NCBI RefSeq assembly: GCF_048269865.1
Contig: NZ_JBLWUA010000009.1
Span: forward strand, 44,683-108,682
Source: Parasphingorhabdus sp.
Lineage (GTDB): Bacteria > Pseudomonadota > Alphaproteobacteria > Sphingomonadales > Sphingomonadaceae
Length of the DNA stretch: 64,000 bases
Reading direction: 5' to 3'
Under the pieces are notes generated by a model, which did not search any database, was not told where the DNA came from, and saw nothing but the letters and a program-made list of their open reading frames with translations. Positions 1 through 8,327 of the stretch are shown one piece after another. The stretch's first letter is position 1. Each line of letters begins with the position of its first letter. Made by a program: the position numbers and the translations under genes.

Positions 1-1
1 C

Positions 2-520
2 GACAATGCGCGAGAAGTCGATCCTGTTACCAACGTGACTGTCGTTTCTCGCGAACCGAAACAGCGCCTGCGCGGATTTGAACTGGGTGCCAGCGGGGCG
101 GTAACTTCCGATCTGCTGCTGACGCTGAACTATTCCTATGTTGATGCGGAGATCACCGAAGCCTTCACGCGCTCCGGCGACCCGGATACCGCAGCTCTCG
201 GACAGCAGGTTCGCTATGTACCGAAACATTCCGCTAGTCTGTGGGCGGCCTATAAGCCGGTGGGGGGAAGTCTGAAGGGTCTGGAAGTTGGCGTTGGCGG
301 GAATTACCAGTCGAAAGTATTCCTCAACAGCCAGAATACGCAGGTCGCGCCATCCTATGTAGCGGTGGACGGGTTACTGGCCTATGATTTTGGAAATTAC
401 CGGATTGCAGTTAACGGTTATAATCTGACCAACAAGCTCTATTATTCGCAAGTGAACAGCAGCCGTGTTGTTCCTGCTGCTGGCCGGTCATTCCTGGCAA
501 GCTTTGGAGTTTCGTTCTGA
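2..520 (+). CDS. TonB-dependent receptor, C-terminal fragment (5' end outside the window)
   Basis: The frame is open from the window edge. It has a beta-barrel-like alternating pattern and a terminal aromatic residue (...ASFGVSF). piuC and PepSY genes follow it. Confidence 0.8.
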   Translation, partial: DNAREVDPVTNVTVVSREPKQRLRGFELGASGAVTSDLLLTLNYSYVDAEITEAFTRSGDPDTAALGQQVRYVPKHSASLWAAYKPVGGSLKGLEVGVGGNYQSKVFLNSQNTQVAPSYVAVDGLLAYDFGNYRIAVNGYNLTNKLYYSQVNSSRVVPAAGRSFLASFGVSF

Positions 521-549
521 ACCGGCGGTTCCAAGAAGAAAGTGATTAG

Positions 550-1233
550 ATGCTGTTACACATCCCGTCCGTCCTGAAGCCTGAAGAGGTACAACATCTG
601 CGCAAGACTCTTGCCGAAACAGAATGGGTGGACGGGAATGTGACGTCCGGCGCACAAGCGGCGCTGGCGAAGCATAATCTGCAAGTGCCAGAGGACGCAC
701 CGGAAGCCAAAGCCCTGGGCGAGATCATCTTGCGCGCCCTCGGCAGCAATGCGATGTTCAATTCGGCCGCCCTGCCCCATCGCGTCTTCCCGCCGTTGTT
801 CAACCGCTATGACGAAGGCATGGGCTTTGACAGCCATGTCGACAATGCAATCCGCTATATCGGTTCCGCGCGGCAGCGGATCCGGACGGACCTGTCCTCC
901 ACCTTGTTCCTGACCGATCCGGAGGATTATGATGGCGGCGAGCTGGTGATTGAAGATCATTATGGTGAGCAACGGGTAAAACTGCCTGCAGGCGACATGG
1001 TCCTCTATCCCGCCGATAGCCTGCACCGGGTCGAGCCGATTACGCGGGGCAGGCGGTGGGCGTCATTCTTCTGGACCCAGTCGATGGTGCGCGATGACAG
1101 CGACCGGGCCCTGCTCTACCGTTTTGATCAGTCGATCACCCTCGCCCGGCAAGAATTGGGCGACAAGCATACCAGCGTGCTCGGACTGACTTCAACTTTC
1201 CATAACTTATTGCGAAAATGGGCGGATTTATGA
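550..1233 (+). CDS. piuC: Fe(II)/2-oxoglutarate-dependent PKHD-type hydroxylase (PiuC/YbiX family)
   Basis: Full-length resemblance to E. coli YbiX as I recall it: MLLHIPSVL..., FNRY..., HVD..., DYDGGELV..., [15 protein letters not shown]..., ending ...[11 protein letters not shown]. Confidence 0.85.
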   Translation: MLLHIPSVLKPEEVQHLRKTLAETEWVDGNVTSGAQAALAKHNLQVPEDAPEAKALGEIILRALGSNAMFNSAALPHRVFPPLFNRYDEGMGFDSHVDNAIRYIGSARQRIRTDLSSTLFLTDPEDYDGGELVIEDHYGEQRVKLPAGDMVLYPADSLHRVEPITRGRRWASFFWTQSMVRDDSDRALLYRFDQSITLARQELGDKHTSVLGLTSTFHNLLRKWADL

Positions 1234-1946
1234 CGGTGACTTCCACGACGACGAAAAAGAGGAACCAGTCCGGACTGCTGTTTGTTCCGCGCCAATGGCA
1301 GCGGGCCGCTGCCATCCGCTGGTTGAAACGCACCCACGCATGGACGGGCTTTTGGGGTGCATTGCTCTTTTTGATGCTGGGCGTGAGCGGCATATTGCTC
1401 AATCACCGCAGCATCTGGAAAATCGAGACCGGCGAGCCCATCGAAGTGAGCGCAATGGATATCGCCGTTCCGGCCGGATCGATCAAGGACGAGGCCGCAC
1501 TGGGCAAATGGGCCCAGGCCGAATTCTCCCTGAATAGCGAACCGCGCCCGCCGCGAGGGAAAGGTAACCGCAGGGGAGAGAACAGGGATCGGGAATCCGC
1601 CAAACGGTTTATGGGCAAGGAACGCGCGGAAGCAAAAAAATGGGAATTGAGCTTCAACCACGCCAATGGCCGTCTCACCGTCGAACATGTGAAGGGCTCC
1701 GCCAGCGTGTCGGTCAAGCAAACCAGCCAGAACCTCTGGGGCTTCCTCAAAAATCTGCACAAGGCCTCTGGCGTCGGCCTGGCTTGGGTCTTGTTGATGG
1801 ACACGATAGCAGGAGCGCTTATCGCCATGAGCATCACCGGGTTTTTGCTGTGGACCAGATTGCACGGCAGTCGGCTGCTTGCCGGAGCCATTGTGGGTGG
1901 CAGTCTCGCTCTTTCCGTCACCGCACTCTGGCCATTTATGCTATAG
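1230..1946 (+). CDS. PepSY-associated TM-helix membrane protein
   Basis: ATGA stop/start overlap with piuC. N-terminal motif [30 protein letters not shown] and a C-terminal TM helix. An in-frame ATG at 1218 is an alternative start. Confidence 0.65.
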   Translation: MTVTSTTTKKRNQSGLLFVPRQWQRAAAIRWLKRTHAWTGFWGALLFLMLGVSGILLNHRSIWKIETGEPIEVSAMDIAVPAGSIKDEAALGKWAQAEFSLNSEPRPPRGKGNRRGENRDRESAKRFMGKERAEAKKWELSFNHANGRLTVEHVKGSASVSVKQTSQNLWGFLKNLHKASGVGLAWVLLMDTIAGALIAMSITGFLLWTRLHGSRLLAGAIVGGSLALSVTALWPFML

Positions 1947-1975
1947 CTTTTTACCCGCGGCGCCTGACGCTTTCG

Positions 1976-3031
1976 CTATGTGTTTTTGTGCCGGAACCAG
2001 AAGCTCCATACGGCGAGACTGCCGAGCAACGTGAGAGTCAGGCCGGTGAGCGTCTGCAGCAGTTTATAGGCCCATCCACCGACCTTGGCGGCGTGCAGCG
2101 GATAAGCGAGATTGAAGGTCTTTAGCCCCACCGGATGCCGGTTCGCATCGCGGGAGTCGATCAGCCGAGCGGTGGCCGGATCGAACCAGAGCAAAGTGCG
2201 GCCATTGGGCAACCATTCCGACGGCTGCTTCATTCTGAGAGCGACCAGATCACTCGGCTCTCTGGGGAAGCTGGTGATACGCAGTTCCGCCTGCGGGAAG
2301 CGCTGTTCGGCGGTTCGGTATATGCTCGCCCAGTCGATGTTGTCCGCCGGTCCGCCCTTCACCTGTGGCGGCGCGGTGGCGGCCTGTATGTCCTCGATCG
2401 ATGACAAAGGCGAGAGCAGGAAATAGGCGACGGGACGCAAGGTCAGCATGACCCCGGTCAGCATGGTCAGGACAAGCAGCGGTGCCATCATGGTGCCGAG
2501 ATCGCGATGCTGGCGAATGATGGCGCTGCGGGTCATGCGCGCCGGCCACAGGCGCAGCTTGAAAGTTCTCCGGGTGCGCCACCACAGGATCAGGCCGGTT
2601 ACTACAAAAGCGAGGCCGATCAGCCCGGCGATGCCGGCAAACAGTTCCCCGGTATCGCCGATCAGCAGATGGTGGTGCAGATCAAACAGAAATGTCTCGG
2701 GCCTGTCCCAGGATGAGTTCCATCCGGCGAGGAACCGGCCCGACTGGTCCGCATAGAAGCCGCCGCCATCGGTATCGGACAGGCTGTTCAGCGCCAAGCC
2801 GTCATGCGCGAAGATGATATTCCGCGGCGTGCCCGAAGCCGATTCCAGCATGGTACCGGTGATGGCGGCATAGTGGGCCGCGCCGGATATCGGCGCCGCA
2901 TTGCCTCCGCCCAGCGTCAGTCCCAGATATTGCTCTTTCCAGAGCAGCAGGGTTCCGGTTGCTCCCAGCAGGGCGAGGAGCAACCCGATCAGGCCGCCGG
3001 TCCAGCGGTGCAGCCAGGCCAGCAGCCGCAT
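1976..3031 (-). CDS. PepSY-domain membrane protein (PiuB-like, iron-uptake associated)
   Basis: LHRWTGGLIGLLLALLGATG motif and several TM helices. The ATG at 3031 overlaps the TAA stop of the upstream TBDR by 1 nt (TAATG). The track ORF starts at a GTG at 3049. Confidence 0.75.
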   Translation of the reverse strand: MRLLAWLHRWTGGLIGLLLALLGATGTLLLWKEQYLGLTLGGGNAAPISGAAHYAAITGTMLESASGTPRNIIFAHDGLALNSLSDTDGGGFYADQSGRFLAGWNSSWDRPETFLFDLHHHLLIGDTGELFAGIAGLIGLAFVVTGLILWWRTRRTFKLRLWPARMTRSAIIRQHRDLGTMMAPLLVLTMLTGVMLTLRPVAYFLLSPLSSIEDIQAATAPPQVKGGPADNIDWASIYRTAEQRFPQAELRITSFPREPSDLVALRMKQPSEWLPNGRTLLWFDPATARLIDSRDANRHPVGLKTFNLAYPLHAAKVGGWAYKLLQTLTGLTLTLLGSLAVWSFWFRHKNT

Positions 3032-5172
3032 TAAAAGCGCCAGTCCCACCCCAGCGTGATCGTGCGTCCGCGGCCGGCGAAGAAACGATCATTGTCGGTG
3101 GTACGCACGGTGTCACTGTCGTAACTGATATAATATTCGTCGAACAGATTCTGGGCGGCCAGGCTGAAGGCACCCCAACCGGTCTCGTAACGCAGCAGCG
3201 CGTTGACGATGGTATAGCCTTCAAAATCGGCGCTGGCCGGTTGGCCTTCGAAGCGGCGGGAGAGATAATATTGTCCCTGCACGCGTGCCGACAAAGGGCC
3301 GCTCGCATAGTCGGCCGAGAGGTTGAGCCGGTCAGGCGAGATATTGCTGCCGTCGAGCTCATCATCGACCGCGCCGTCACCGTCGGTATCCACTCGCCCG
3401 CTGAGATTGCTGTAGCCGACGCCCAGTTTCAGGCCCGGCAATGGCGTTTCGACACCGAGATTGATTTCCAGCCCCTGGATCTCCACCGCCTCGCGGCGCA
3501 CGTCGAAAATGCCGTCTGCATTGAGCACCAACCGCTGGCCGAAATCGCTCGACGACCAGAAATAGGTCACACTCGCATCCAGTGGCCCGCGCTTGACCTC
3601 CAGCCCTAGTTCGCGGTTGTCGGAAATGATCGGAGTGACGTCGAGAAAATTGTCGATGCTGACGCCGGGAGTCGTGATCCCGCGCAAGATCCGTCCGACA
3701 TCGGGCACCGTATAGCCTTTCGAATAGCTGCCATAGGCGCGAATGCCTCGGACCGGCTCGATGATGATGCCTGCGTTGGGCAGCCATTTGTCAAATTCCG
3801 GACTGCCACCGGACACCGCAGTACTGCCAGCACTCGCGATGGTGGTGAAATCGTCCACCTTCAGCTGGACATTTTCCCAGCGGACGCCGCCAGCCAGTGT
3901 CACCAACCGGTCAAACAGGCCCAGATTGACCTGGCCGAAGGGTGCAAGGCTGCGAAATTGGGTTTCGGGCACCCAGGCACGGTCGGTCTGGACCAGAACC
4001 TGCTCGGTGCTGTCGAACAAAGTGTCAAAACCGGCCGTCACGGTCAGATCGCGGAGGATTTCGCGCTCATAGGTGACCTTCCCGCCGATTTTGCGCGAGC
4101 GGTTGGCAGACTGTTCGAACAGGTTGCCGGTCGGGTCGATGGCCGGATCCTGGAAGGTGCCAAAAACGCCGCCGCCAAACACGTCGCGCGACCGGTTGAA
4201 GAAGGCCTGCAGCGTAAAGGTACCGCCAGCGAGATCGTCATCCGTGAGCGACAGCGACACCAATTCGTTGCGGTTCGACGGTGGATCGCCGGGTGTGGAA
4301 CCGCGCACCGAGGTGGATGGAATATTGGCGGCGCGATCACCGCTGACGCTGACATAATTGGCATTGCCCTCAAGGCTGAACCGGTTAGCGACCAGTTCGA
4401 GCCGGGCGCTGTCCGACAGCTGGTAACCGAAGCGGCCGAATATCGACCAGCTGTCGCTGTCCTGGATATCGCCCTGCGTACCATCGACACCGACGCGGTT
4501 GCCGTCACCGTCAAAAAAGATCCCGCGGCGTTCCACGGTTGCACCGAGGCTCGCGTCGAAAGCTCCCGCCCGGTAGCTGACCAGACCGCCCGCCTTGCCG
4601 CCGAGCCCCTCGCCCTGGAAATCGTCACCGCCCGAGCCCTGCAGCAGCACCCGTCCGCTCAGGCCATCCTCGGAAGGGGCTCCGACCAGCACCTGATTGA
4701 TAACCCCGCCGGTGGCGCCGATGCCCTGCAACGCGTTCGAGCCGTAGATCAGCTCCACCCGGTCGACAAAAAACGGATCAATCGTATAGCCATCGCGCGA
4801 ACCGTCGCGGATCGGGGTCGACTGCGGCACGCCATTGATCGCGAACAAAGGGGCACGGCCGCGCAGGCTTTCGCCCGCTCCGCTCAGCTTTTGCCGGGTC
4901 GGAGAAAAGGAAGGCGACAGGGCCGATATCGCGTCGACCGTAGAACCGCTGATAGAAATCTGATCGGCCAGTTGCGCGCTATCGATGACATCGACCGTGA
5001 TCGGCAGGGCACTGACTGGCAGCTGGCTGCGGGTCGCGGTGACGATGATCGGCTGGTCGTCATCATTGGTACGGGCACGGTCCGACGATTGCTGTTGCGC
5101 GACTGCCGGCGTGCCGACAATGGCCAACGGGAGGATCGCCAGAGGCGTCAATGTCCAAAACAAGTTCTTCAT
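3031..5172 (-). CDS. TonB-dependent receptor (siderophore-type)
   Basis: Signal peptide MKNLFWTLTPLAILPLAIVGTPAVAQ, plug-region motifs (IIVTATR..., LRGRAPLFAINGVPQ), 713 aa, C-terminal ...LGWDWRF. Confidence 0.9.
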   Translation of the reverse strand: MKNLFWTLTPLAILPLAIVGTPAVAQQQSSDRARTNDDDQPIIVTATRSQLPVSALPITVDVIDSAQLADQISISGSTVDAISALSPSFSPTRQKLSGAGESLRGRAPLFAINGVPQSTPIRDGSRDGYTIDPFFVDRVELIYGSNALQGIGATGGVINQVLVGAPSEDGLSGRVLLQGSGGDDFQGEGLGGKAGGLVSYRAGAFDASLGATVERRGIFFDGDGNRVGVDGTQGDIQDSDSWSIFGRFGYQLSDSARLELVANRFSLEGNANYVSVSGDRAANIPSTSVRGSTPGDPPSNRNELVSLSLTDDDLAGGTFTLQAFFNRSRDVFGGGVFGTFQDPAIDPTGNLFEQSANRSRKIGGKVTYEREILRDLTVTAGFDTLFDSTEQVLVQTDRAWVPETQFRSLAPFGQVNLGLFDRLVTLAGGVRWENVQLKVDDFTTIASAGSTAVSGGSPEFDKWLPNAGIIIEPVRGIRAYGSYSKGYTVPDVGRILRGITTPGVSIDNFLDVTPIISDNRELGLEVKRGPLDASVTYFWSSSDFGQRLVLNADGIFDVRREAVEIQGLEINLGVETPLPGLKLGVGYSNLSGRVDTDGDGAVDDELDGSNISPDRLNLSADYASGPLSARVQGQYYLSRRFEGQPASADFEGYTIVNALLRYETGWGAFSLAAQNLFDEYYISYDSDTVRTTDNDRFFAGRGRTITLGWDWRF

Positions 5173-5223
5173 CTGTCTGCTAGCCCTATTTCCTGATTCG
5201 TTTGAACGCGGCGATTAGCCAGC

Positions 5224-5249
5224 AATTAATGCTATTGCAATTCATTCTC
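5224..5249. promoter_or_regulatory. Possible Fur-box-like AT-rich site upstream of the TBDR
   Basis: AATTAATGCTATTGCAATTCATTCTC lies about 55 nt upstream of the TBDR start. My hand alignment to the 19-mer GATAATGATAATCATTATC gives only about 10/19. Confidence 0.25.
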
Positions 5250-5435
5250 ACACCTAGCGAGGAAAGTTTTCTGCCAGGGTCGCGTCTTTGTCGGGCTGAT
5301 GGCTGGCGAAACACTGCTGGATGCAATGCAAGCCATGCTCTACGGCGCTCCACCGCCTGGCGTCGCCAAGCCGCGGTTCATCGGACGCGCCGATGATCCT
5401 TGTTCAACGGCACCTACGCGCTCTGGCGCCTTTGC

Positions 5436-5700
5436 TTACGTGTTTCTGCGCCGAAACCCGCGGCTCCATCCGGCGAGACTGCCCAGCAGAGTGAGACCCG
5501 GTGAGCATCTGAAGCGGTTTACAAGCCGATCCACCGGCCTGTTGCCGCGTGCAGCCGACAGGCAAGATTGAAGATCTTCAGAGCGACCGGACGCTGGTTC
5601 GGTTCGCTACGCGCTGGCAGCCGATCACACCGTCCTGCTGATGGGCGATATGTTTTCGAAGAACCAGATCGATCCAGACGTGAGATGAGAAGAAGTCAAC
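5436..5700 (-). pseudogene. Decayed 3' remnant of a PepSY/PiuB-like gene, paralogous to 1976-3031
   Basis: DNA is collinear with 1976-2150, for example ctccatccggcgagactgcccagcagagtgagacccggtgagc versus ctccatacggcgagactgccgagcaacgtgagagtcaggccggtgagc. The minus-strand translation LKIFNLACRLHAATGRWIGL*TASDAH... parallels LKTFNLAYPLHAAKVGGWAYKLLQTL... but has a stop and a frame break. Confidence 0.6.
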
Positions 5701-5933
5701 CGCTGGGGGAACCACGCCGAAGTCCGGCGAGTTCGACAGATACCGTTCGTACTTATTGTTTTGCTTTCGATTGCAAATATGAAGCTCCGGCCAAGCGATT
5801 GCTACGACTTTGTGGTGGTTATACCCGGACGACTTTTAATATCGAGTCAATTTGTGTATGCTTGGCCGTCGCTAAACTAGGAATATCTCGCGGATCGAAA
5901 GCAATTCGCAAATAGATTTTCAGGAGGACAATA

Positions 5934-6188
5934 ATGGCAAAGTCTAATCTACCGTCTGACGCGGAACGAGCCAGAATTTCCGAGCGGTTGTCTGAGGCCG
6001 AGACTTACGGCAAACCAAGAAACGTCTGGGTCGAAGACGGACATGTATTTGTCGAAGGCCATAACGGGGACGTGATCAGCATGACTCCTGAAGTTGCCAT
6101 CGAAATGGGTCGCCTGCTCGGCAATGCCGGGGCGGATTCGCTCATGAACAAGATCATGGACCCAAGAGGACCGGTCGAGCCTGCATAA
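5934..6188 (+). CDS. Small hypothetical protein (84 aa)
   Basis: AGGAGG lies 7 nt upstream of the ATG. It is an isolated ORF in a lower-GC stretch with no recognisable family. Confidence 0.5.
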   Translation: MAKSNLPSDAERARISERLSEAETYGKPRNVWVEDGHVFVEGHNGDVISMTPEVAIEMGRLLGNAGADSLMNKIMDPRGPVEPA

Positions 6189-6315
6189 AGGTCTGCAAAT
6201 CGACAACGGGATATACCGAAATAGAGTCATGTGTTGTCTATTTGAACGACATTTGAATTAATCAATATGTTAACCTTCAGTGCCCATAGAGTAAGATCAC
6301 CAGTGGAGAGCACTT

Positions 6316-8205
6316 TTGAGATTAACAGCTAAGCTGCCTTCGCAGTTAATACCAGATCTGCAGGCTGAACAATTTCGGAACCTTTGTAAGCAAGTCCCTA
6401 CACTTTACGGCGTGCTGTTAATCAACACGATCGTCTTATGTTATTCAGTATATGGTGCGGTACCGGCGTTATTGTCGATCGTGGTGCCGGGCATCTTTCT
6501 GTCACTGGTGGTAGTTCGCGCGACAATCTGGCTAGCCCGAAAAGATGACTCGCCCGGCGAAGAACGTATCACCAAATATTTACGGTCGACTACTGTGATC
6601 GCAGGCGTTGTCAGTATAGGGCTTGGCGTGTGGAGTGTGGCATTGCTGCAGTCGGACGGGGACGGACATTTCGTAACGCTGTTTATAGCTTTTGGTGCAA
6701 TTGCATGCACCTACTGTCTCAGCAGTCTCCCCAAAGCCGCCTTCGCCACTGTGTTTTGCTCGACTACTCCGGTCATCTTCGAATTGCTGACGTCCGGCGT
6801 CCATATAGAAATAGCCGCAGGCGTGAACCTGCTGCTTATTTTTCTCCTGATCCTGCGTCTGGTGATGCATCAGTATAATTACCTTATCGAGAGCGTCACA
6901 TCTCGCTCACAGGTCAAGGCGCTCGCATATTCAGATTCGCTGACTGGTCTGCCCAACCGCCGCGCTTTCACCGAGTGTCTCGAACAAACCGTCAACTCCG
7001 CATCCAAAAATGGCGAGGCCGTAGCCGTCGCACTGATCGATCTTGATGGCTTCAAAGCGATCAACGACACGTTCGGGCATGCCTCTGGCGATGACGTCCT
7101 GATCCAGGCCGGCGTCCGTTTGCAAAAGATATGTCAGGACTGTCAAATGGTCGCCAGACTGGGCGGTGACGAATTCGCCGTGTTGATGGTGGCAGACGAA
7201 GCGAGTGAGAAATTCGGTGACATAGGCAATAGACTGGTTCTGGAAATGAGCCGCCCATTCTCCTTGTCAGATTCGAACCTGCGGTTATCGGCATCTGTTG
7301 GACTTGCTAGCCCTTCCGAGCGGGATACATCCGCACTGGCGGTCATGTCGCGAGCCGACGTCGCCCTCTACGAGGTAAAAAACCGCGGCGGCAAGGCAAT
7401 GTCCTGGTTCTTGCCCACCATGGCTGAGCGTTTGAAGCGACGCATCATTATCGAACAGTCACTCCGGGAAACCAATCCCGCGCCGATGATCGAGGTTGTC
7501 TTTCAACCAATCTTCGACGTGCAGACCAAGAAAATTGCCTGCTTCGAAGCGCTAGCACGTTGGAACCACCCGCAACTTGGACTAATTCCACCGCTCGAAT
7601 TTATCGAAATCGCAGAACAAACGGACAGCATTGCTGCACTGTCTGAGCAAATTTTCGACGCTGCCATCCGCGAAGCAACGGGCTGGGACCCGGCAATAGG
7701 ACTTTCCATCAACCTGAGCGGGGTGGATCTCAGCCGAGCGAGCACGCCATTGATGATTTTGTCGCTATGCAACCGCTACGGTTTCGATCCAGCGCGGCTT
7801 GAGGTAGAAGTGACCGAAACCTCGCTGCTGTCGGACTTCGATACGGCTCGTGAACAGCTCGACCTTCTGCGTAAGACAGGGATCCGGATTGCTCTCGATG
7901 ATTTTGGCTCGGGGTTCGCGTCGATCACATATCTGCAGCAGATAAAATTTGACCGGGTGAAGATCGACGGCGAGTTGATCGCCGATATTATCCATTCTCG
8001 GGATGCACGGCGGCTGGTCCAGGGCATTATACAATTATGCTCGGCAATTGGCGCGCCCTCAACCGCCGAGAAGGTAGAGGGCAAAGATCAGGTTGCCGTA
8101 CTGGGGGGATTGGGATGCGATCGGCTTCAGGGCTACTATCTCTCTCCTCCGGTAAGCAAGGATAAGGCGCGGGATCTTGCAAACAGCCAAAAGCTTGCTG
8201 CCTGA
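6316..8205 (+). CDS. Membrane-anchored GGDEF-EAL protein (diguanylate cyclase/phosphodiesterase)
   Basis: About 190 aa of N-terminal multi-TM region, then SLTGLPNRRAF...RLGGDEFAV (GGDEF) and FEALARW...DDFGSGFAS...QGYY (EAL). The start is a TTG and no earlier in-frame ATG exists. Confidence 0.85.
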   Translation: MRLTAKLPSQLIPDLQAEQFRNLCKQVPTLYGVLLINTIVLCYSVYGAVPALLSIVVPGIFLSLVVVRATIWLARKDDSPGEERITKYLRSTTVIAGVVSIGLGVWSVALLQSDGDGHFVTLFIAFGAIACTYCLSSLPKAAFATVFCSTTPVIFELLTSGVHIEIAAGVNLLLIFLLILRLVMHQYNYLIESVTSRSQVKALAYSDSLTGLPNRRAFTECLEQTVNSASKNGEAVAVALIDLDGFKAINDTFGHASGDDVLIQAGVRLQKICQDCQMVARLGGDEFAVLMVADEASEKFGDIGNRLVLEMSRPFSLSDSNLRLSASVGLASPSERDTSALAVMSRADVALYEVKNRGGKAMSWFLPTMAERLKRRIIIEQSLRETNPAPMIEVVFQPIFDVQTKKIACFEALARWNHPQLGLIPPLEFIEIAEQTDSIAALSEQIFDAAIREATGWDPAIGLSINLSGVDLSRASTPLMILSLCNRYGFDPARLEVEVTETSLLSDFDTAREQLDLLRKTGIRIALDDFGSGFASITYLQQIKFDRVKIDGELIADIIHSRDARRLVQGIIQLCSAIGAPSTAEKVEGKDQVAVLGGLGCDRLQGYYLSPPVSKDKARDLANSQKLAA

Positions 8206-8327
8206 CGCTCTATTGATGCTGTTATCGTTTCGGGAAGCCATCGAAGCGCCGGAGACGGAACAAGCCCCGCAGACTGCCGGAAACGCTTGTACTTGCCATG
8301 CCGCTTTACTCCCCGTTGCCGATAGCG

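Noticed and set aside
3958-5196. A 412-aa plus-strand ORF opposite the TBDR gene.

Similar long antisense ORFs occur at:
- 12990-14204
- 19972-21123
- 21214-22587
- 31622-32950
- 34670-36139
- 39650-40804
- 42316-43341
- 49150-50097
- 54349-55311
   Set aside because: Each lies entirely antisense to a gene with clear family motifs. Their translations are Arg/Ala/Gly/Pro-rich and low in complexity, with no recognisable motifs. They are typical shadow ORFs of GC-rich DNA.
5568-5915. A 115-aa plus-strand ORF, and ORF 5299-5571, in the gap upstream of the TBDR.
   Set aside because: They overlap the decayed PepSY remnant on the opposite strand. They have no RBS and an Arg-rich composition, so the pseudogene fossil explains them better.
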